DNA of 64,000 bases from an uncultured delta proteobacterium (GTDB lineage: Bacteria > Myxococcota_A > Polyangia > Polyangiales > Houyiibacteriaceae), in the NCBI GenBank assembly GCA_963699755.1, contig CAVOVB010000002.1, positions 704,001 through 768,000 of the forward strand. The letters are read 5' to 3'. Of this stretch, positions 39,275-49,747 are shown piece by piece. Both the position numbers and the translations under genes were made by a program. The notes under the pieces were generated by a model. The model was not told the DNA's origin, did not search any database, and saw nothing but the letters and a program-made list of their open reading frames with translations. Numbering within the stretch: the first letter of the stretch is position 1; every line of letters begins with the position of its first letter.

Positions 39275-41274
39275 GCGAGCAGTCGCTGCGCTTCGGCGAC
39301 GACGTGCTCGACAGTGATGCCGAACTTCTCGAAGAGCACCTGGTACGGCGCTGATGCGCCGAACCGGTCCAGGGTGACGAACGCCGCGTCGTTGCCGACC
39401 CAGCGGTCCCAGCCTTGGCGAATCCCGGCCTCGATGACGACCTTCACCGCGCCGCCCCGTGGAAGGACTTCCCGCTGGTAAGCCTCGGCTTCTCGTTCGA
39501 AGAGCTCCCAGCAGGGCATGCTGACCACCCGCACGGCGGCGCCCTCTTTCTCTAAGCGATCCGCCGCCGCCATCGCGATCTCGACCTCACTGCCGGTGGC
39601 GACGAGAATCACGTCCGGCCCTCCGCCTCCCGCCTCGCGCAAGGTGTAGGCCCCACGCTTGACCTTCTCGGCGCTAGCGAGCGCGCTCCGATCGAAAACC
39701 GGTACGTTCTGTCGGGTCAGGGCCAAGGCCGCAGGCCCGTCCCACTCGAGGGCAGCTTTCCAACACTCGCGAACCTCGTTGGCATCGGCTGGCCGGAACA
39801 TCGCAAGGTTGGGAATCGCACGCAAGGCTGCGAGCTGTTCCACGGGTTGGTGTGTGGGGCCATCTTCGCCGAGCCCGATGCTGTCGTGGCTATAGATGTA
39901 GCGGGTATGGAGCTTCATGAGTGCGGCAAGCCGTACCGAAGGACGCATGTAGTCGCTGAACACGAGGAAGGTTGCACCGTAGGGGATCACGCCGCCGTGA
40001 AGCGCCATACCGTTCATCGCCGCACCCATCCCGTGCTCGCGAACGCCCCAATCCACGTTGCGCGGAATGCCCTCTGCACCCGGTAGGAAGCTCGAAAGGC
40101 CCTTCATGTGGCTGTTGTTCGAGCCTGCCAGGTCCGCCGAGCCTCCGACGAGCCCACCGATCTTATTCGCCAGCGCGTTGAGCACTGCGCCGCTCGCCTT
40201 GCGGGTCGGCATTCCCTTCGGATCGGGATCGAAGATCGGCAGGTCGGCGTCCCACCCCCCGGGCAGCTCACCGGCCAGTGCGACATCGAGCTCCCTCGCC
40301 GCCTCTGGGAACGCCGCACAGTAGTCTTCGAGACGGCTCTGCCATGCGCCATGAGCGTTCGCGCCGCGCTCTCGGATCGACTCGGCGGCCGCCGCCAGCT
40401 CATCGGGCACGAAGAACGGCTCGGTCGGCCATTCCATGATCTGCTTGGTGGCGATGATCTCGTCCTCCCCAAGCGGGGCGCCGTGCGCAGCCGAGCTGTT
40501 GCGCTTGTTGGGCGACGGATCGCCGATGATGGTGCGAACGCGAATGAAGCTCGGGCGCTCGTCCGCCATGGCCACGGTAGACGCCGCGATCAGGGCAGCG
40601 ATGTCCGACCCGTCGTCGACGCTCTCGGTGTGCCAACCATACGAGGCAAATCGCGCCAAGACGTCTTCGCTGAAGCTCAAGTCGGTCCTGCCGTCGATGG
40701 TGATCCCGTTGTCGTCCCAGAAGACGATGAGCTTGCCGAGCTTCAGGTGACCCGCGATCGACGCGGCTTCGGAGGCCACGCCTTCCATGATGTCGCCGTC
40801 CGAGGCGATCACCCAGGTTCGGTGATTGAAGAGCGTGTACCCGGGCTTGTTGAAGCGGGCGGCCAGGTGACGCTCGGCCATCGCCATGCCCACACCGTTG
40901 CCAATCCCCTGCCCAAGGGGGCCGGTCGTCGTTTCGACGCCCGGCGTGAGGTGCGACTCCGGATGGCCCGGCGTCAGGCTCCCCCACTGCCGAAACTTGC
41001 GGATGTCGTCGAGGGAGACCTCGTAGCCGGTCAGGTGCAGCAGGGAGTATTGAAGCATCGACGCATGCCCACAGGACAGGACGAATCGGTCCCGGTCTGG
41101 CCAATCCGGATGGGTTGGGTCGTGACGGCGAAGCTCCGAGAAAAGCGCCCACCCCAGGGGCGCGAGCGCCATGGGCGTGCCGGGGTGACCCGAGGCGGCG
41201 GCTTGGACCGCATCCATACTGAGGCCTCGAATCGTCTTGATGGCGAGCTCGTCGAGCTTCGCGGGGTTCCCCAT
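39271..41274 (-). CDS. tkt: Transketolase
   Basis: [44 protein letters not shown]. Confidence 0.97.
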   Translation of the reverse strand: MGNPAKLDELAIKTIRGLSMDAVQAAASGHPGTPMALAPLGWALFSELRRHDPTHPDWPDRDRFVLSCGHASMLQYSLLHLTGYEVSLDDIRKFRQWGSLTPGHPESHLTPGVETTTGPLGQGIGNGVGMAMAERHLAARFNKPGYTLFNHRTWVIASDGDIMEGVASEAASIAGHLKLGKLIVFWDDNGITIDGRTDLSFSEDVLARFASYGWHTESVDDGSDIAALIAASTVAMADERPSFIRVRTIIGDPSPNKRNSSAAHGAPLGEDEIIATKQIMEWPTEPFFVPDELAAAAESIRERGANAHGAWQSRLEDYCAAFPEAARELDVALAGELPGGWDADLPIFDPDPKGMPTRKASGAVLNALANKIGGLVGGSADLAGSNNSHMKGLSSFLPGAEGIPRNVDWGVREHGMGAAMNGMALHGGVIPYGATFLVFSDYMRPSVRLAALMKLHTRYIYSHDSIGLGEDGPTHQPVEQLAALRAIPNLAMFRPADANEVRECWKAALEWDGPAALALTRQNVPVFDRSALASAEKVKRGAYTLREAGGGGPDVILVATGSEVEIAMAAADRLEKEGAAVRVVSMPCWELFEREAEAYQREVLPRGGAVKVVIEAGIRQGWDRWVGNDAAFVTLDRFGASAPYQVLFEKFGITVEHVVAEAQRLLA

Positions 41275-41464
41275 GCTGCGTTCCTCTCTGCTTGGCGGGC
41301 CCGATCTAGCAGGCCCGGCCGAAACACAAAAGGTGGGCCAGAGCGTTTTTCGGCGAGAGCTGGACATGACCCTAGATCGCCACTAACACCCGAGACCCGG
41401 TTAGCCGGTTGTTGACTGTTTCAATCGGGTTTGCTCCATGCAGCGAACCGCGCAGGAGGAAGGG

Positions 41465-42598
41465 ATGCCTCAGGTTTTCGTGCCCAAGGAAATCGTCGAA
41501 GGTGAAACTCGGGTCGCCTGTACACCGGAAACGACGAAGCGCTACGTCAAAGAGGGCTTCGAAGTCGTCGTGGAAAGCGATGCGGGCAGACACGCCCACT
41601 TCAGCGATGAGCAATATCGTCAGGCGGGTGCCAGGGTCGTCTCTGCCGACGAGGCAGGAGCTGTCTGGGGAAGTGCCGATATCCTGCTTCGGGTCTACCC
41701 GATCACGCCGGAGGAAGCGTCCGGGATCAAGGAGGGTGCGCTCTTGGTCGGGTTCATGTCTCCCCACAAGAATCTCGATTCGGTTCGAATTCTGCGCGAT
41801 CGGAGAATCAGCACGATCGCAATGGAGCTGATCCCGCGAATCAGCAGGGCCCAGTCGATGGATGCGCTCAGCTCTCAGGCGTCGATCTCGGGTTACCAGG
41901 CCGTGCTCATGGCGGCGACCTATCTCGACAAGTACTTCCCGCTCTTGATGACGGCGGCCGGCACGATTCAGCCCGCCAAGATCGTCATCATGGGCGCAGG
42001 TGTGGCCGGTCTCCAAGCGATCGCGACCGCGCGACGACTCGGCGCCGTGGTCGAGGTCTCGGACATCCGGCCTGGCGTCAAGGAGCAGGTCGAGTCCCTC
42101 GGCGGACGCTTCATCGACTTCCCGATGGACCAAAGTGGCGAAGGCGAAGGCGGCTACGCGCGAGAGCTCACAGCGGAGCAGTTGAAGGCGCAGCAGGCAA
42201 TCGTTCGCCAGAAGGTCGTGGCGGCCGATGCCGTGATTACCACGGCGCTCGTCCCCGGCCGTCCCGCGCCGAAGCTCATCACCAAGGATATGGTCGAGGA
42301 GATGCGCGAAGGCGCGGTGATCGTCGACCTCGCCGTCGAGCAGGGTGGCAATTGCGAGCTCAGCAAGAGCGGGGAAATGGTCGTCGAGCACGGCGTGACC
42401 ATCATCGGCCATCCCAACCTGCCGGCTGCGACTCCTGCGGATGCTAGCTTGCTCTACGCCCGCAATATCCAGGCCCTTCTGCTCAGCATCCTGTCCGAGG
42501 GCCAGGTCGTTTTGAACCTCGAGGACGAGATCCTCGACGGAGCCCTCCTCACCCACAACGGCGAAGTGCGGCACGGACCGACCGCCGAGGCGCTCTAG
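41465..42598 (+). CDS. pntA: NAD(P) transhydrogenase alpha subunit part 1 (dI)
   Basis: PKE...ETRVA, RISRAQSMD, GAGVAGL, GGYA, GGNCE. Confidence 0.95.
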   Translation: MPQVFVPKEIVEGETRVACTPETTKRYVKEGFEVVVESDAGRHAHFSDEQYRQAGARVVSADEAGAVWGSADILLRVYPITPEEASGIKEGALLVGFMSPHKNLDSVRILRDRRISTIAMELIPRISRAQSMDALSSQASISGYQAVLMAATYLDKYFPLLMTAAGTIQPAKIVIMGAGVAGLQAIATARRLGAVVEVSDIRPGVKEQVESLGGRFIDFPMDQSGEGEGGYARELTAEQLKAQQAIVRQKVVAADAVITTALVPGRPAPKLITKDMVEEMREGAVIVDLAVEQGGNCELSKSGEMVVEHGVTIIGHPNLPAATPADASLLYARNIQALLLSILSEGQVVLNLEDEILDGALLTHNGEVRHGPTAEAL

Positions 42599-42613
42599 GA
42601 AAGGAGACGGAAC

Positions 42614-42967
42614 GTGACTTTGGGACCTCTGCTCATAGGCATCTACGTGTTCGTGCTCGCTAGCTTCGTCGGCTTCGAGATGATCACCAAGGTGCCGCCG
42701 ACTCTGCATACCCCGCTGATGAGCGGCGCAAACGCCATCAGTGGCATCACCGTGGTCGGCGCCATCGCGGCAGCAACGACCGGCGCACCGACCGTCGCGA
42801 ATATTCTCGGCGCCGTTGCCATCGCTACGGCGACCATCAACGTCGTCGGCGGTTTCCTCGTGACCGACCGCATGCTTCGCATGTTTGGAAAGAAGAAGAA
42901 GCCAAGGGCACTCGCGCCAGGTGCCGAACGCGTCGAAGCCGACGGCCGAGAGGCGGTCCGCAAATGA
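42614..42967 (+). CDS. pntA: NAD(P) transhydrogenase alpha subunit part 2 (membrane)
   Basis: VPPTLHTPLMSGANAISG, NVVGGFLVTDRML. Confidence 0.95.
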   Translation: MTLGPLLIGIYVFVLASFVGFEMITKVPPTLHTPLMSGANAISGITVVGAIAAATTGAPTVANILGAVAIATATINVVGGFLVTDRMLRMFGKKKKPRALAPGAERVEADGREAVRK

Positions 42968-44394
42968 GTCACGAGATCATGCGTTCGACTGTGGTACCGA
43001 TCATCTATCTGCTCTCGACGATGCTGTTCATTTTCGGCATCAAGCAGCTCGCAAGAGTCAAGACTGCGCGCCGGGGCAATGCGCTCGCGGCCGTCGGCAT
43101 GCTCTTGGCAATCATCGGATCGCTACTCGAGCTCGGCCTAGTCGACTACCGCTGGATCGCCAGCGGCATGCTGATCGGCACCATCATCGGCGCCGCCTTC
43201 GCGATCCGGGTCCAAATGACTGCGATGCCCGAGATGGTCGCCTTGTTCAACGGTTTCGGCGGTATCGCTTCCGCCTTGGTAGCTGTCTCGGTCTACTGGG
43301 ACCTCGTCGTTCAGCGAGCACCCACGGGGAGAGTCTACGGAGCGCTCGGCAGCTATGAGTCGATCACGGTCATGCTCTCGATTCTGATCGGCGGCATCAC
43401 CTTCACGGGGAGCCTCGTCGCACTATTCAAGCTGCAAGGTAAGCTGAAGAAGGGCCAACCGATTCTGCTTCCCGCCAGGCACTACATCACCTTTGGGCTG
43501 CTCTTTGCGTCCTTCGTCTTCGGCGGCATCGCCGTGGCAGCGGGAGCCGCGGAGTCGATCGTCTGGGTCCTCGCTCTTGCTGCAGTATCGCTGATTCTCG
43601 GTATTCTCCTGACGATCCCGATCGGGGGTGCGGACATGCCGGTCGTCGTTTCGCTCCTCAACTCATACTCGGGCGTCGCGGCTTCGATGGCCGGTTTCGT
43701 CATCGGAAATCCGCTCTTGATCATCGCTGGTGCGATGGTGGGCGCGGCGGGCCTGATCCTCACGCAGATCATGTGCGTGGCGATGAACCGCTCGCTCCTC
43801 AACGTCTTGGTCGGCGGCTTCGGCGTCACCGACGGGGGAGGTGGCGGAAGCGAGGAGTACAAGAACGTGACTTCCTGCGGTCCCGAAGAGGCCGCGATGG
43901 TCCTCGAGAACGCAGAGTCGGTCATCATCATTCCAGGTTATGGATTGGCCGTTGCGCAGGCGCAGCACGCCGTCCGTGAGCTCGCAGACATGCTGAAGGC
44001 CCGCGGCACCAAGGTCACGTATGCCATCCACCCGGTCGCGGGCCGCATGCCCGGCCACATGAACGTGCTGCTGGCCGAGGCCGACGTCCCCTACGAAGAG
44101 CTCGTCGAGATGGACGTGATCAACCCCGAGTTCAAGAACACGGACGTGGTAATCGTCCTCGGCGCCAATGACGTCGTGAACCCGGCGGCCACCAACGACC
44201 CGAGCAGCCCGATCGCGGGGATGCCCATTCTCAACGCTCACGAGGCCCGCTCAGTCTTCGTCGTCAAACGAAGCCTCAGTGCAGGCTACGCCGGCATCAA
44301 GAACGACCTGTTCGAGTATGACAACACCATGATGATCTTCGGCGACGCCAAGAAGGTCCTGCAAGGCCTCATTGCCGAGGTGAAGGCTCTTTAG
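42964..44394 (+). CDS. pntB: NAD(P) transhydrogenase beta subunit
   Basis: MTAMPEMVA, IGGADMPVV, HPVAGRMPGHMNV, GANDVVNPAA. Confidence 0.97.
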   Translation: MSHEIMRSTVVPIIYLLSTMLFIFGIKQLARVKTARRGNALAAVGMLLAIIGSLLELGLVDYRWIASGMLIGTIIGAAFAIRVQMTAMPEMVALFNGFGGIASALVAVSVYWDLVVQRAPTGRVYGALGSYESITVMLSILIGGITFTGSLVALFKLQGKLKKGQPILLPARHYITFGLLFASFVFGGIAVAAGAAESIVWVLALAAVSLILGILLTIPIGGADMPVVVSLLNSYSGVAASMAGFVIGNPLLIIAGAMVGAAGLILTQIMCVAMNRSLLNVLVGGFGVTDGGGGGSEEYKNVTSCGPEEAAMVLENAESVIIIPGYGLAVAQAQHAVRELADMLKARGTKVTYAIHPVAGRMPGHMNVLLAEADVPYEELVEMDVINPEFKNTDVVIVLGANDVVNPAATNDPSSPIAGMPILNAHEARSVFVVKRSLSAGYAGIKNDLFEYDNTMMIFGDAKKVLQGLIAEVKAL

Positions 44395-44448
44395 CGCGTG
44401 CTGGCTTGCGGGCGCAGGGATCGCTGGGCGGTGTAACGAAACCTCTGC

Positions 44449-45831
44449 CTAGTTGTCGCGGAAGTCGGACGCGCCAGGCGAGGCGCCGCCACCGTAGTAG
44501 TCGGACTCCGCGAGGTCATCGAACCTGGTGTACTCGTTGAAGAACCGAACTCGGCAGGTGCCGGTGGGGCCGGCGCGCTGCTTGCCGATGATGATCTCCG
44601 CAATGCCGCGGTCATCGCTCTCGCGATTGTAGACCTCATCGCGATAGATGAACCAGATGGTGTCGGCGTCCTGCTCGATAGCACCGGATTCGCGAAGGTC
44701 GGAAAGCTGCGGCCGCTTGTCTTTGACTCCCCGTGACTCGACACCTCTGTTGAGCTGCGAGAGCGCGATCACTGGGATCTCGAGCTCCTTGGCGAGCGCC
44801 TTCAGGCTTCGGCTGATTTCGCTGATCTCCTGCTCGCGTGAGTCGTTGCGCGAGCCCGAGCGCATCAGTTGAAGGTAGTCGACCACGATCATGCTGAGGC
44901 CAACCTCGGATTTGAGACGGCGGGCTTTGGCCCGAAGCTCGAGAAGCGTAATCGCAGGGGTGTCGTCAATCCAGATCGGCATTTCGCTCAGGGTGCCGGC
45001 GGCATCGGCCAGCTTCGGCCAGTCGTCCTTGTAGAGCTGTCCGGTTCGAATGCGGTTGCCGTCGACACGGGCCTCACTTCCAAGAAGGCGTCGAACGAGT
45101 TGCCCTTTGGGCATTTCCAGCGAAAACACGGCAACCGGAACCTTGCTCTGTTTGCAGGCGTTGTGCGCGACGTTGAGCGCGAAAGACGTCTTGCCCATGC
45201 CTGGACGCCCAGCGACGATGATAAGGTCGCCTGGATGCATGCCGGCGGTCATTTCATCGAGCTTCTTGTAGCCTGTCGGTAGGCCCGTGATCGCTTCGCC
45301 ACGATTGGCCGCTTCGTGGATCTCCTGAAACGTCCGCATCACGACGTCCTTCACGTGCTCGTAAGGATTTCGTGCACGCTCCTTGGCGACCGCGAAAATC
45401 GACGATTCGGAGTCGTCGAGGAATTCCTCGATTGGCCCGTACTCGCCATAGCCACGAGAAACGACCTCGTGACAGGCGCGGATGAGCGAGCGGACGACCG
45501 ACTTCTCGCGAACGATCCGCGCGTGCGACTGAATGTTCGAGACGCTCGGGATGGTGTTGCTGAGCGAGAGAAGATACTCGTCGCCGCCGACGGAAGCGAG
45601 CTTGCCGCTATGAACCAACGATTCGCGAAGCGTTACGTGATCGACGGGCTGGCTCCTGCGGAACAGCTCGCTCATCGCTTCGAAGATCTTGCCGTTGGCC
45701 TCGCTATAGAAGTCGTCGGCGGAGAGCACCTCGACCACGAGGTTCATCGCGTCGTTCTCAAGAAGGATGCCGCCGAGCACCGCTCGTTCGGCCTCGAGGG
45801 CATTGGGTGGGACCTGCCCCGCTCGTTCCAC
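44449..45831 (-). CDS. dnaB: Replicative DNA helicase
   Basis: AGRPGMGKT, FSLEM, VDYLQL, LSQLNR, DLRESGAIEQDAD. Confidence 0.98.
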   Translation of the reverse strand: MERAGQVPPNALEAERAVLGGILLENDAMNLVVEVLSADDFYSEANGKIFEAMSELFRRSQPVDHVTLRESLVHSGKLASVGGDEYLLSLSNTIPSVSNIQSHARIVREKSVVRSLIRACHEVVSRGYGEYGPIEEFLDDSESSIFAVAKERARNPYEHVKDVVMRTFQEIHEAANRGEAITGLPTGYKKLDEMTAGMHPGDLIIVAGRPGMGKTSFALNVAHNACKQSKVPVAVFSLEMPKGQLVRRLLGSEARVDGNRIRTGQLYKDDWPKLADAAGTLSEMPIWIDDTPAITLLELRAKARRLKSEVGLSMIVVDYLQLMRSGSRNDSREQEISEISRSLKALAKELEIPVIALSQLNRGVESRGVKDKRPQLSDLRESGAIEQDADTIWFIYRDEVYNRESDDRGIAEIIIGKQRAGPTGTCRVRFFNEYTRFDDLAESDYYGGGASPGASDFRDN

Positions 45832-45909
45832 TCCAGTGATGACCTGCTCCCTTCCGAGCTCCGGTTCTAGCGCCTATAGCGGCGTTGTGGAAGCGCAACC
45901 ACCCGCGCG

Positions 45910-46371
45910 CTACGCGCGGGTCTTGACTTCGAGCTTCACGGTCGCCGTCAAGCCGTACAACAGCTTCACCCCAAGCTCGTAGCTGCCAACCTCTTTGATG
46001 ATCAGCTCGGGCATCACGAGCTTTTTCTTGTCGACCTCCACACCTTTCGCCTTGAGGCCTTCGATCACATCGTTCGAGGTGACCGAACCGAAGAGCTTGC
46101 CGTCTTCGCCAGCTTCCTTGGCGACCATGACGGTGACCTTCGCCAGCTCGGCTGCGATCTCCTCCTGCTCCGAGCGAAGCTTGGCGATGCGCTGAGCCTG
46201 AATTGCCTTCTCGTGCTCGATCTGCCGGATATTTCCCCGGCTTGCGACGACGGCGAGGCCCCGAGGCAACAAGAAATTCCGAGCGTAGCCGCGGCGCACA
46301 CGCACCACGTCGCCAATCGAGCCGAGGTGCTCGAGGTTTTCTTTCAGTACGATTTGGACAGTAGACGCCAT
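45910..46371 (-). CDS. rplI: 50S ribosomal protein L9
   Basis: LGSIGDVVRVRRGYARNFLLP, GKLFGSVT. Confidence 0.97.
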   Translation of the reverse strand: MASTVQIVLKENLEHLGSIGDVVRVRRGYARNFLLPRGLAVVASRGNIRQIEHEKAIQAQRIAKLRSEQEEIAAELAKVTVMVAKEAGEDGKLFGSVTSNDVIEGLKAKGVEVDKKKLVMPELIIKEVGSYELGVKLLYGLTATVKLEVKTRA

Positions 46372-46378
46372 GGCTGCC

Positions 46379-46645
46379 TCACTTCGTCGCCGTGTAGGGG
46401 AGGAGCGCAATATTACGGGCGCGCTTGATCGCACGGGTCAGGTCGCGCTGCTGCTTCGCGTTCAAGCCGCTGATGCGCCGGGGCGTGATTTTTCCGCGAT
46501 CGGTGATGAAATTCCGAAGCTGCTGCGGGTCTTTGTAGTCGAACTTGAAGTCGGGAGGGAGCGAATGACCCGGCGCCTTCTTGCGCCCGCCGCGGCCGCG
46601 TCCACCTGCTTCAACGTCGAAATCTTGTCGGATTTCTTCAGACAT
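46379..46645 (-). CDS. rpsR: 30S ribosomal protein S18 (no Zn-binding Cys)
   Basis: DYKD...[15 protein letters not shown]...AIKRAR..ALLPY. Confidence 0.96.
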   Translation of the reverse strand: MSEEIRQDFDVEAGGRGRGGRKKAPGHSLPPDFKFDYKDPQQLRNFITDRGKITPRRISGLNAKQQRDLTRAIKRARNIALLPYTATK

Positions 46646-46648
46646 GGC

Positions 46649-47275
46649 TTAGCCCTCCTCGCGATCGGTGTCAGCGGAATCCGTCTCAGCGCTTGGTTCC
46701 GCAGCCGCTTCTTCGGCCGCAGCCTCTTCGGTGGCTTCCGCTGCGCCTTCTTTGTCAGGGGTTGCCTCGGCTCCTCCCCGATCTTCTTGCCGATCGACAG
46801 GAGGTTCCGAGGCCGTCCCACGTGGCGCGCGTGGCGCCATCCCGAGACTACGGGCGCGCTCGAGCTCGGCATCCTCCTCGGTCACTTCCTCGTCCTCGAG
46901 GTGCAGGTACTTCACCTCTTCGGGGTCGACCGCGACCGAAGCAGGGTCGATGTCCTCGGCGAGAAGGACCGTCTGGAATCGCACCACCTCGTCGAGCAAG
47001 CGCAAATTGCGCTCGAGCTCCGGAACGAGGTCATTGAAGCCCACGTACTTCAGGTACACGAAGATCCCGCGGTTGTTCTTCTGGATGGGATACGCGAGCT
47101 TGCGCTTGCCCCAGTTGTCGAGCTTGGTGAGCGTCCCGTCGAGACGCGCGATGACGTCCTTGGCGCGGTCGACAATCTTCTCGGCCCTGTCGTTGTCAAC
47201 ATCGGGGCGAAGGATGTAAATCGTCTCGTATTCACGCGCCCATCGCTTGGCGGGCGCTACCACGGTAGTTGCCAT
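46649..47275 (-). CDS. rpsF: 30S ribosomal protein S6 with a long acidic C-terminal extension
   Basis: REYETIYILRP, WGKRKLAYPI. Confidence 0.96.
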   Translation of the reverse strand: MATTVVAPAKRWAREYETIYILRPDVDNDRAEKIVDRAKDVIARLDGTLTKLDNWGKRKLAYPIQKNNRGIFVYLKYVGFNDLVPELERNLRLLDEVVRFQTVLLAEDIDPASVAVDPEEVKYLHLEDEEVTEEDAELERARSLGMAPRAPRGTASEPPVDRQEDRGGAEATPDKEGAAEATEEAAAEEAAAEPSAETDSADTDREEG

Positions 47276-47277
47276 AT

Positions 47278-47326
47278 CTCCTCCTGGTCTGGTCGGCCCC
47301 AGCTCATGGCTGGAGCGAGGAAGGGC
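47278..47326 (-). promoter_or_regulatory. S6:S18-type ribosomal protein leader RNA structure
   Basis: On the minus strand CCUUCCU can pair with the SD AGGAGG, enclosing the hairpin GCUCCAGC-CAUGA-GCUGGGGC and a CC-containing internal loop. Confidence 0.6.
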
Positions 47327-47360
47327 GATGCATAGCCGATCTTGGCTCCTGTGCCAGCCG

Positions 47361-47930
47361 TCAGGATCGGCTGTGGTGACGATTCATCGCCTGCGTAGGC
47401 CCTTCTCGAAGCGCGGTCTCGACCATGTCGGCCGCGAGCTCCAGGACCATCCCGAGCTCTACCCGCTCCAAGCTGCTGAAATCACTTAGAACATAACTTT
47501 CCGGGCGTCCCCGGTTGGGCCGGCCGATCCCAACCCGGCACCGGACAAAGCCGGGCCCCCCGCAGTGCTCGACCATCGAGCGGAGCCCATTGTGGCCAGC
47601 CGTGCCGCCGCCAACCTTCACGCGGACCACCCCGAACTCGAGGTCGAGCTCGTCATGGACGCATAGGAGCCGCTCGACCGGCACCTTGAAGAAGCGCATG
47701 GCGCCCTGAACGGACTCGCCGCTCAGGTTCATGTAGGTCATCGGCTTGAGGAGCACCACATCCCGGTCACCGAGCGCAACCTTGGTGAACTCGCCGTTGA
47801 ACTTGTCGCGAAAGCCCGGCGCAGCCCAGCGGCGCGCCAACTCGTCGACCACCATGAAGCCAACATTGTGACGATTGCCGACGTATTTCGGCCCTGGGTT
47901 TCCGAGACCGGCGACGAGATGCGTGCTCAC
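47361..47930 (-). CDS. pth: Peptidyl-tRNA hydrolase
   Basis: GLGNPG..Y..NRHNVGF, KPMTYMNLSG, HDELD, GHNGL. Confidence 0.97.
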   Translation of the reverse strand: MSTHLVAGLGNPGPKYVGNRHNVGFMVVDELARRWAAPGFRDKFNGEFTKVALGDRDVVLLKPMTYMNLSGESVQGAMRFFKVPVERLLCVHDELDLEFGVVRVKVGGGTAGHNGLRSMVEHCGGPGFVRCRVGIGRPNRGRPESYVLSDFSSLERVELGMVLELAADMVETALREGPTQAMNRHHSRS

Positions 47931-47944
47931 GGAGCGCCAGCTGC

Positions 47945-48592
47945 TTAGCTGCCGGCCTTTTCGGTGCCAGCTGCAGGCTTAGCGGCTTCACTTGCCGCGG
48001 CGGCGGCCGCGTCTTCTGCTGCCTCGGCAGCGGTGGCCTTGCGCGGCTCCAGAACGATCACGAGCGTCAGTTTGGGCTGGAGCGTACACTCCACGCCCTC
48101 AGGCAGTTGGATGTCCTCGACCGAAATCGTGTCTTTCAGCGCCAGGTGGGTCACATCCACATCGATCGACACCGGGATCTTCGCTGGGATCGTGCGCAGC
48201 GGCAAAACGCGTCGCGTGACATGGAGCACACCGCCCTGGACGACGCCCACGGACCGACCGTGAGTGTGGAAAGGCACGTTCACCTCGAGTACCTTGTCCT
48301 CGAGAATTCGATACAAATCGATGTGGAGGAGCTCCTGCGTCACCGGATCGGTCGTCAGGTCTTTGACCATGGCCAGCTCGTCCTTGCCGCCCAGCGACAG
48401 CTTGAACACCACGTTCCGCCCGCGCTCGCCGCGGAGCGCATGGGTTAGTTCTCTGGGGGACAGGGTCAGCGGCGTGGGCTCGACGCCCGGGCCGTAAAAT
48501 ACGCCCGGGACCTTTCCTTCTGCACGCAGCCGACGCGCTGGCCCCTTTCCGCGCCCAGCGCGGACCTCAGCCTGCAACGTCGTCGTTTCCAT
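47945..48592 (-). CDS. rplY: 50S ribosomal protein L25 / Ctc
   Basis: GKGPARRLRAEGKVPGVFYG, HIDL, and a long C-terminal domain. Confidence 0.95.
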   Translation of the reverse strand: METTTLQAEVRAGRGKGPARRLRAEGKVPGVFYGPGVEPTPLTLSPRELTHALRGERGRNVVFKLSLGGKDELAMVKDLTTDPVTQELLHIDLYRILEDKVLEVNVPFHTHGRSVGVVQGGVLHVTRRVLPLRTIPAKIPVSIDVDVTHLALKDTISVEDIQLPEGVECTLQPKLTLVIVLEPRKATAAEAAEDAAAAAASEAAKPAAGTEKAGS

Positions 48593-48607
48593 TCTCGAAT
48601 GCTCCAA

Positions 48608-49549
48608 TCATACAAACAGCGAGCTCACCGAGTCGCTGTGGTGAATCCGTTTGATGGCCTCTCCTAGCAAACCTGCCACGGAAAGCACGCGGAAGCGGCC
48701 CGTCGCGATCGCCTCCTCCCGTAGGGGGATCGTGTCGGTTACCAGGACCTCTTCGAGGGGGGAATCGACGATGCGCTCGAGGGCCGGACCGGACAAGACC
48801 GGGTGCGTGGCGGCTGCGATGACCCGCTTGGCGCCCTGCTCCTGGAGGGCGCGGGCCGCGTTCGTCATCGTCCCAGCAGTGTCGATCATGTCGTCCAAAA
48901 TCATGCATTCGCGCCCGTTCACGTCGCCGATGATGTTCATGACTTCGCTGACGTTCTCGAGCTCACGGCGCTTGTCGATGATGGCCAGATCAGCCCCCAA
49001 ACGCTTTGCATAGGCGCGCGTGCGCTCGACCCCACCGGCATCGGGCGACACGAACACCGGCGGCGTGCGGAAGCGGGGCCTCAGGTGCTGCAGGAAGACC
49101 GGCATGGCATAGAGATGGTCGAATGGCTTGTTGAAGAAGCCCTGAATCTGGCCGGCGTGCAGATCCATCGAGACCACGCGATCGACGCCGGACGTCGTGA
49201 GGAGATCCGCGACGAGCTTCGCGGTGATCGGCGTCCTCGGAGCAGCCTTCCTGTCCTGCCTCGCGTATCCGTAATAGGGGATGACCGCGGTGATGGAGCC
49301 GGCGGACGCACGCCTCAGCGCGTCGGTCATCACCAGGAGCTCCATCAGGTTGTCGTTGACCGGGGCGCAGGTCGACTGGATCACGTAAACATCCACGCCG
49401 CGGACGTTTTCTTTGATCTTCGCGAACACCTCGCCATCTGAAAAACGTGAGACTCGGGCGCGTCCGACGGGCAATTCGAGATAGTTGGCGATCTTTTCCG
49501 CGAGGGCCGGATTTGAGTTTCCCGTGAATACACAGGTCGACTTGAACAT
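48608..49549 (-). CDS. prs: Ribose-phosphate pyrophosphokinase
   Basis: [42 protein letters not shown]. Confidence 0.98.
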   Translation of the reverse strand: MFKSTCVFTGNSNPALAEKIANYLELPVGRARVSRFSDGEVFAKIKENVRGVDVYVIQSTCAPVNDNLMELLVMTDALRRASAGSITAVIPYYGYARQDRKAAPRTPITAKLVADLLTTSGVDRVVSMDLHAGQIQGFFNKPFDHLYAMPVFLQHLRPRFRTPPVFVSPDAGGVERTRAYAKRLGADLAIIDKRRELENVSEVMNIIGDVNGRECMILDDMIDTAGTMTNAARALQEQGAKRVIAAATHPVLSGPALERIVDSPLEEVLVTDTIPLREEAIATGRFRVLSVAGLLGEAIKRIHHSDSVSSLFV

Positions 49550-49603
49550 CGGTCGGTTCCCTTAGACTGAACGAGGAGCTGCCACCCGGTCCGAACGCGT
49601 CGG

Positions 49604-49632
49604 GGGGTAGCAAAGCGACTGTCCAGTGTCAA
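49604..49632 (-). promoter_or_regulatory. Sigma70-type promoter for the prs-rplY-pth operon
   Basis: TTGACA-N17-TACCCC with TG extended -10. Confidence 0.55.
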
Positions 49633-49747
49633 CCATGGGCTCCGCCCCAAGCGCCTGACAAGAAGCGTGCCGTACTTTCCGTTGATACACGGTTGAGGTT
49701 CCTGAGCTGGGAGTGTAAACCTCATCGCTCCTGTCCTCGGAGGAACG

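Noticed and set aside
41412..41424. TTGACTGTTTCAA as an FNR box before pntA
   Set aside because: The spacing is one base short of TTGAT-N4-ATCAA. It is more likely just a -35 element.
49550..49747. Possible tRNA (often tRNA-Gln) upstream of prs
   Set aside because: No cloverleaf or T-loop GTTCRA motif found on either strand.
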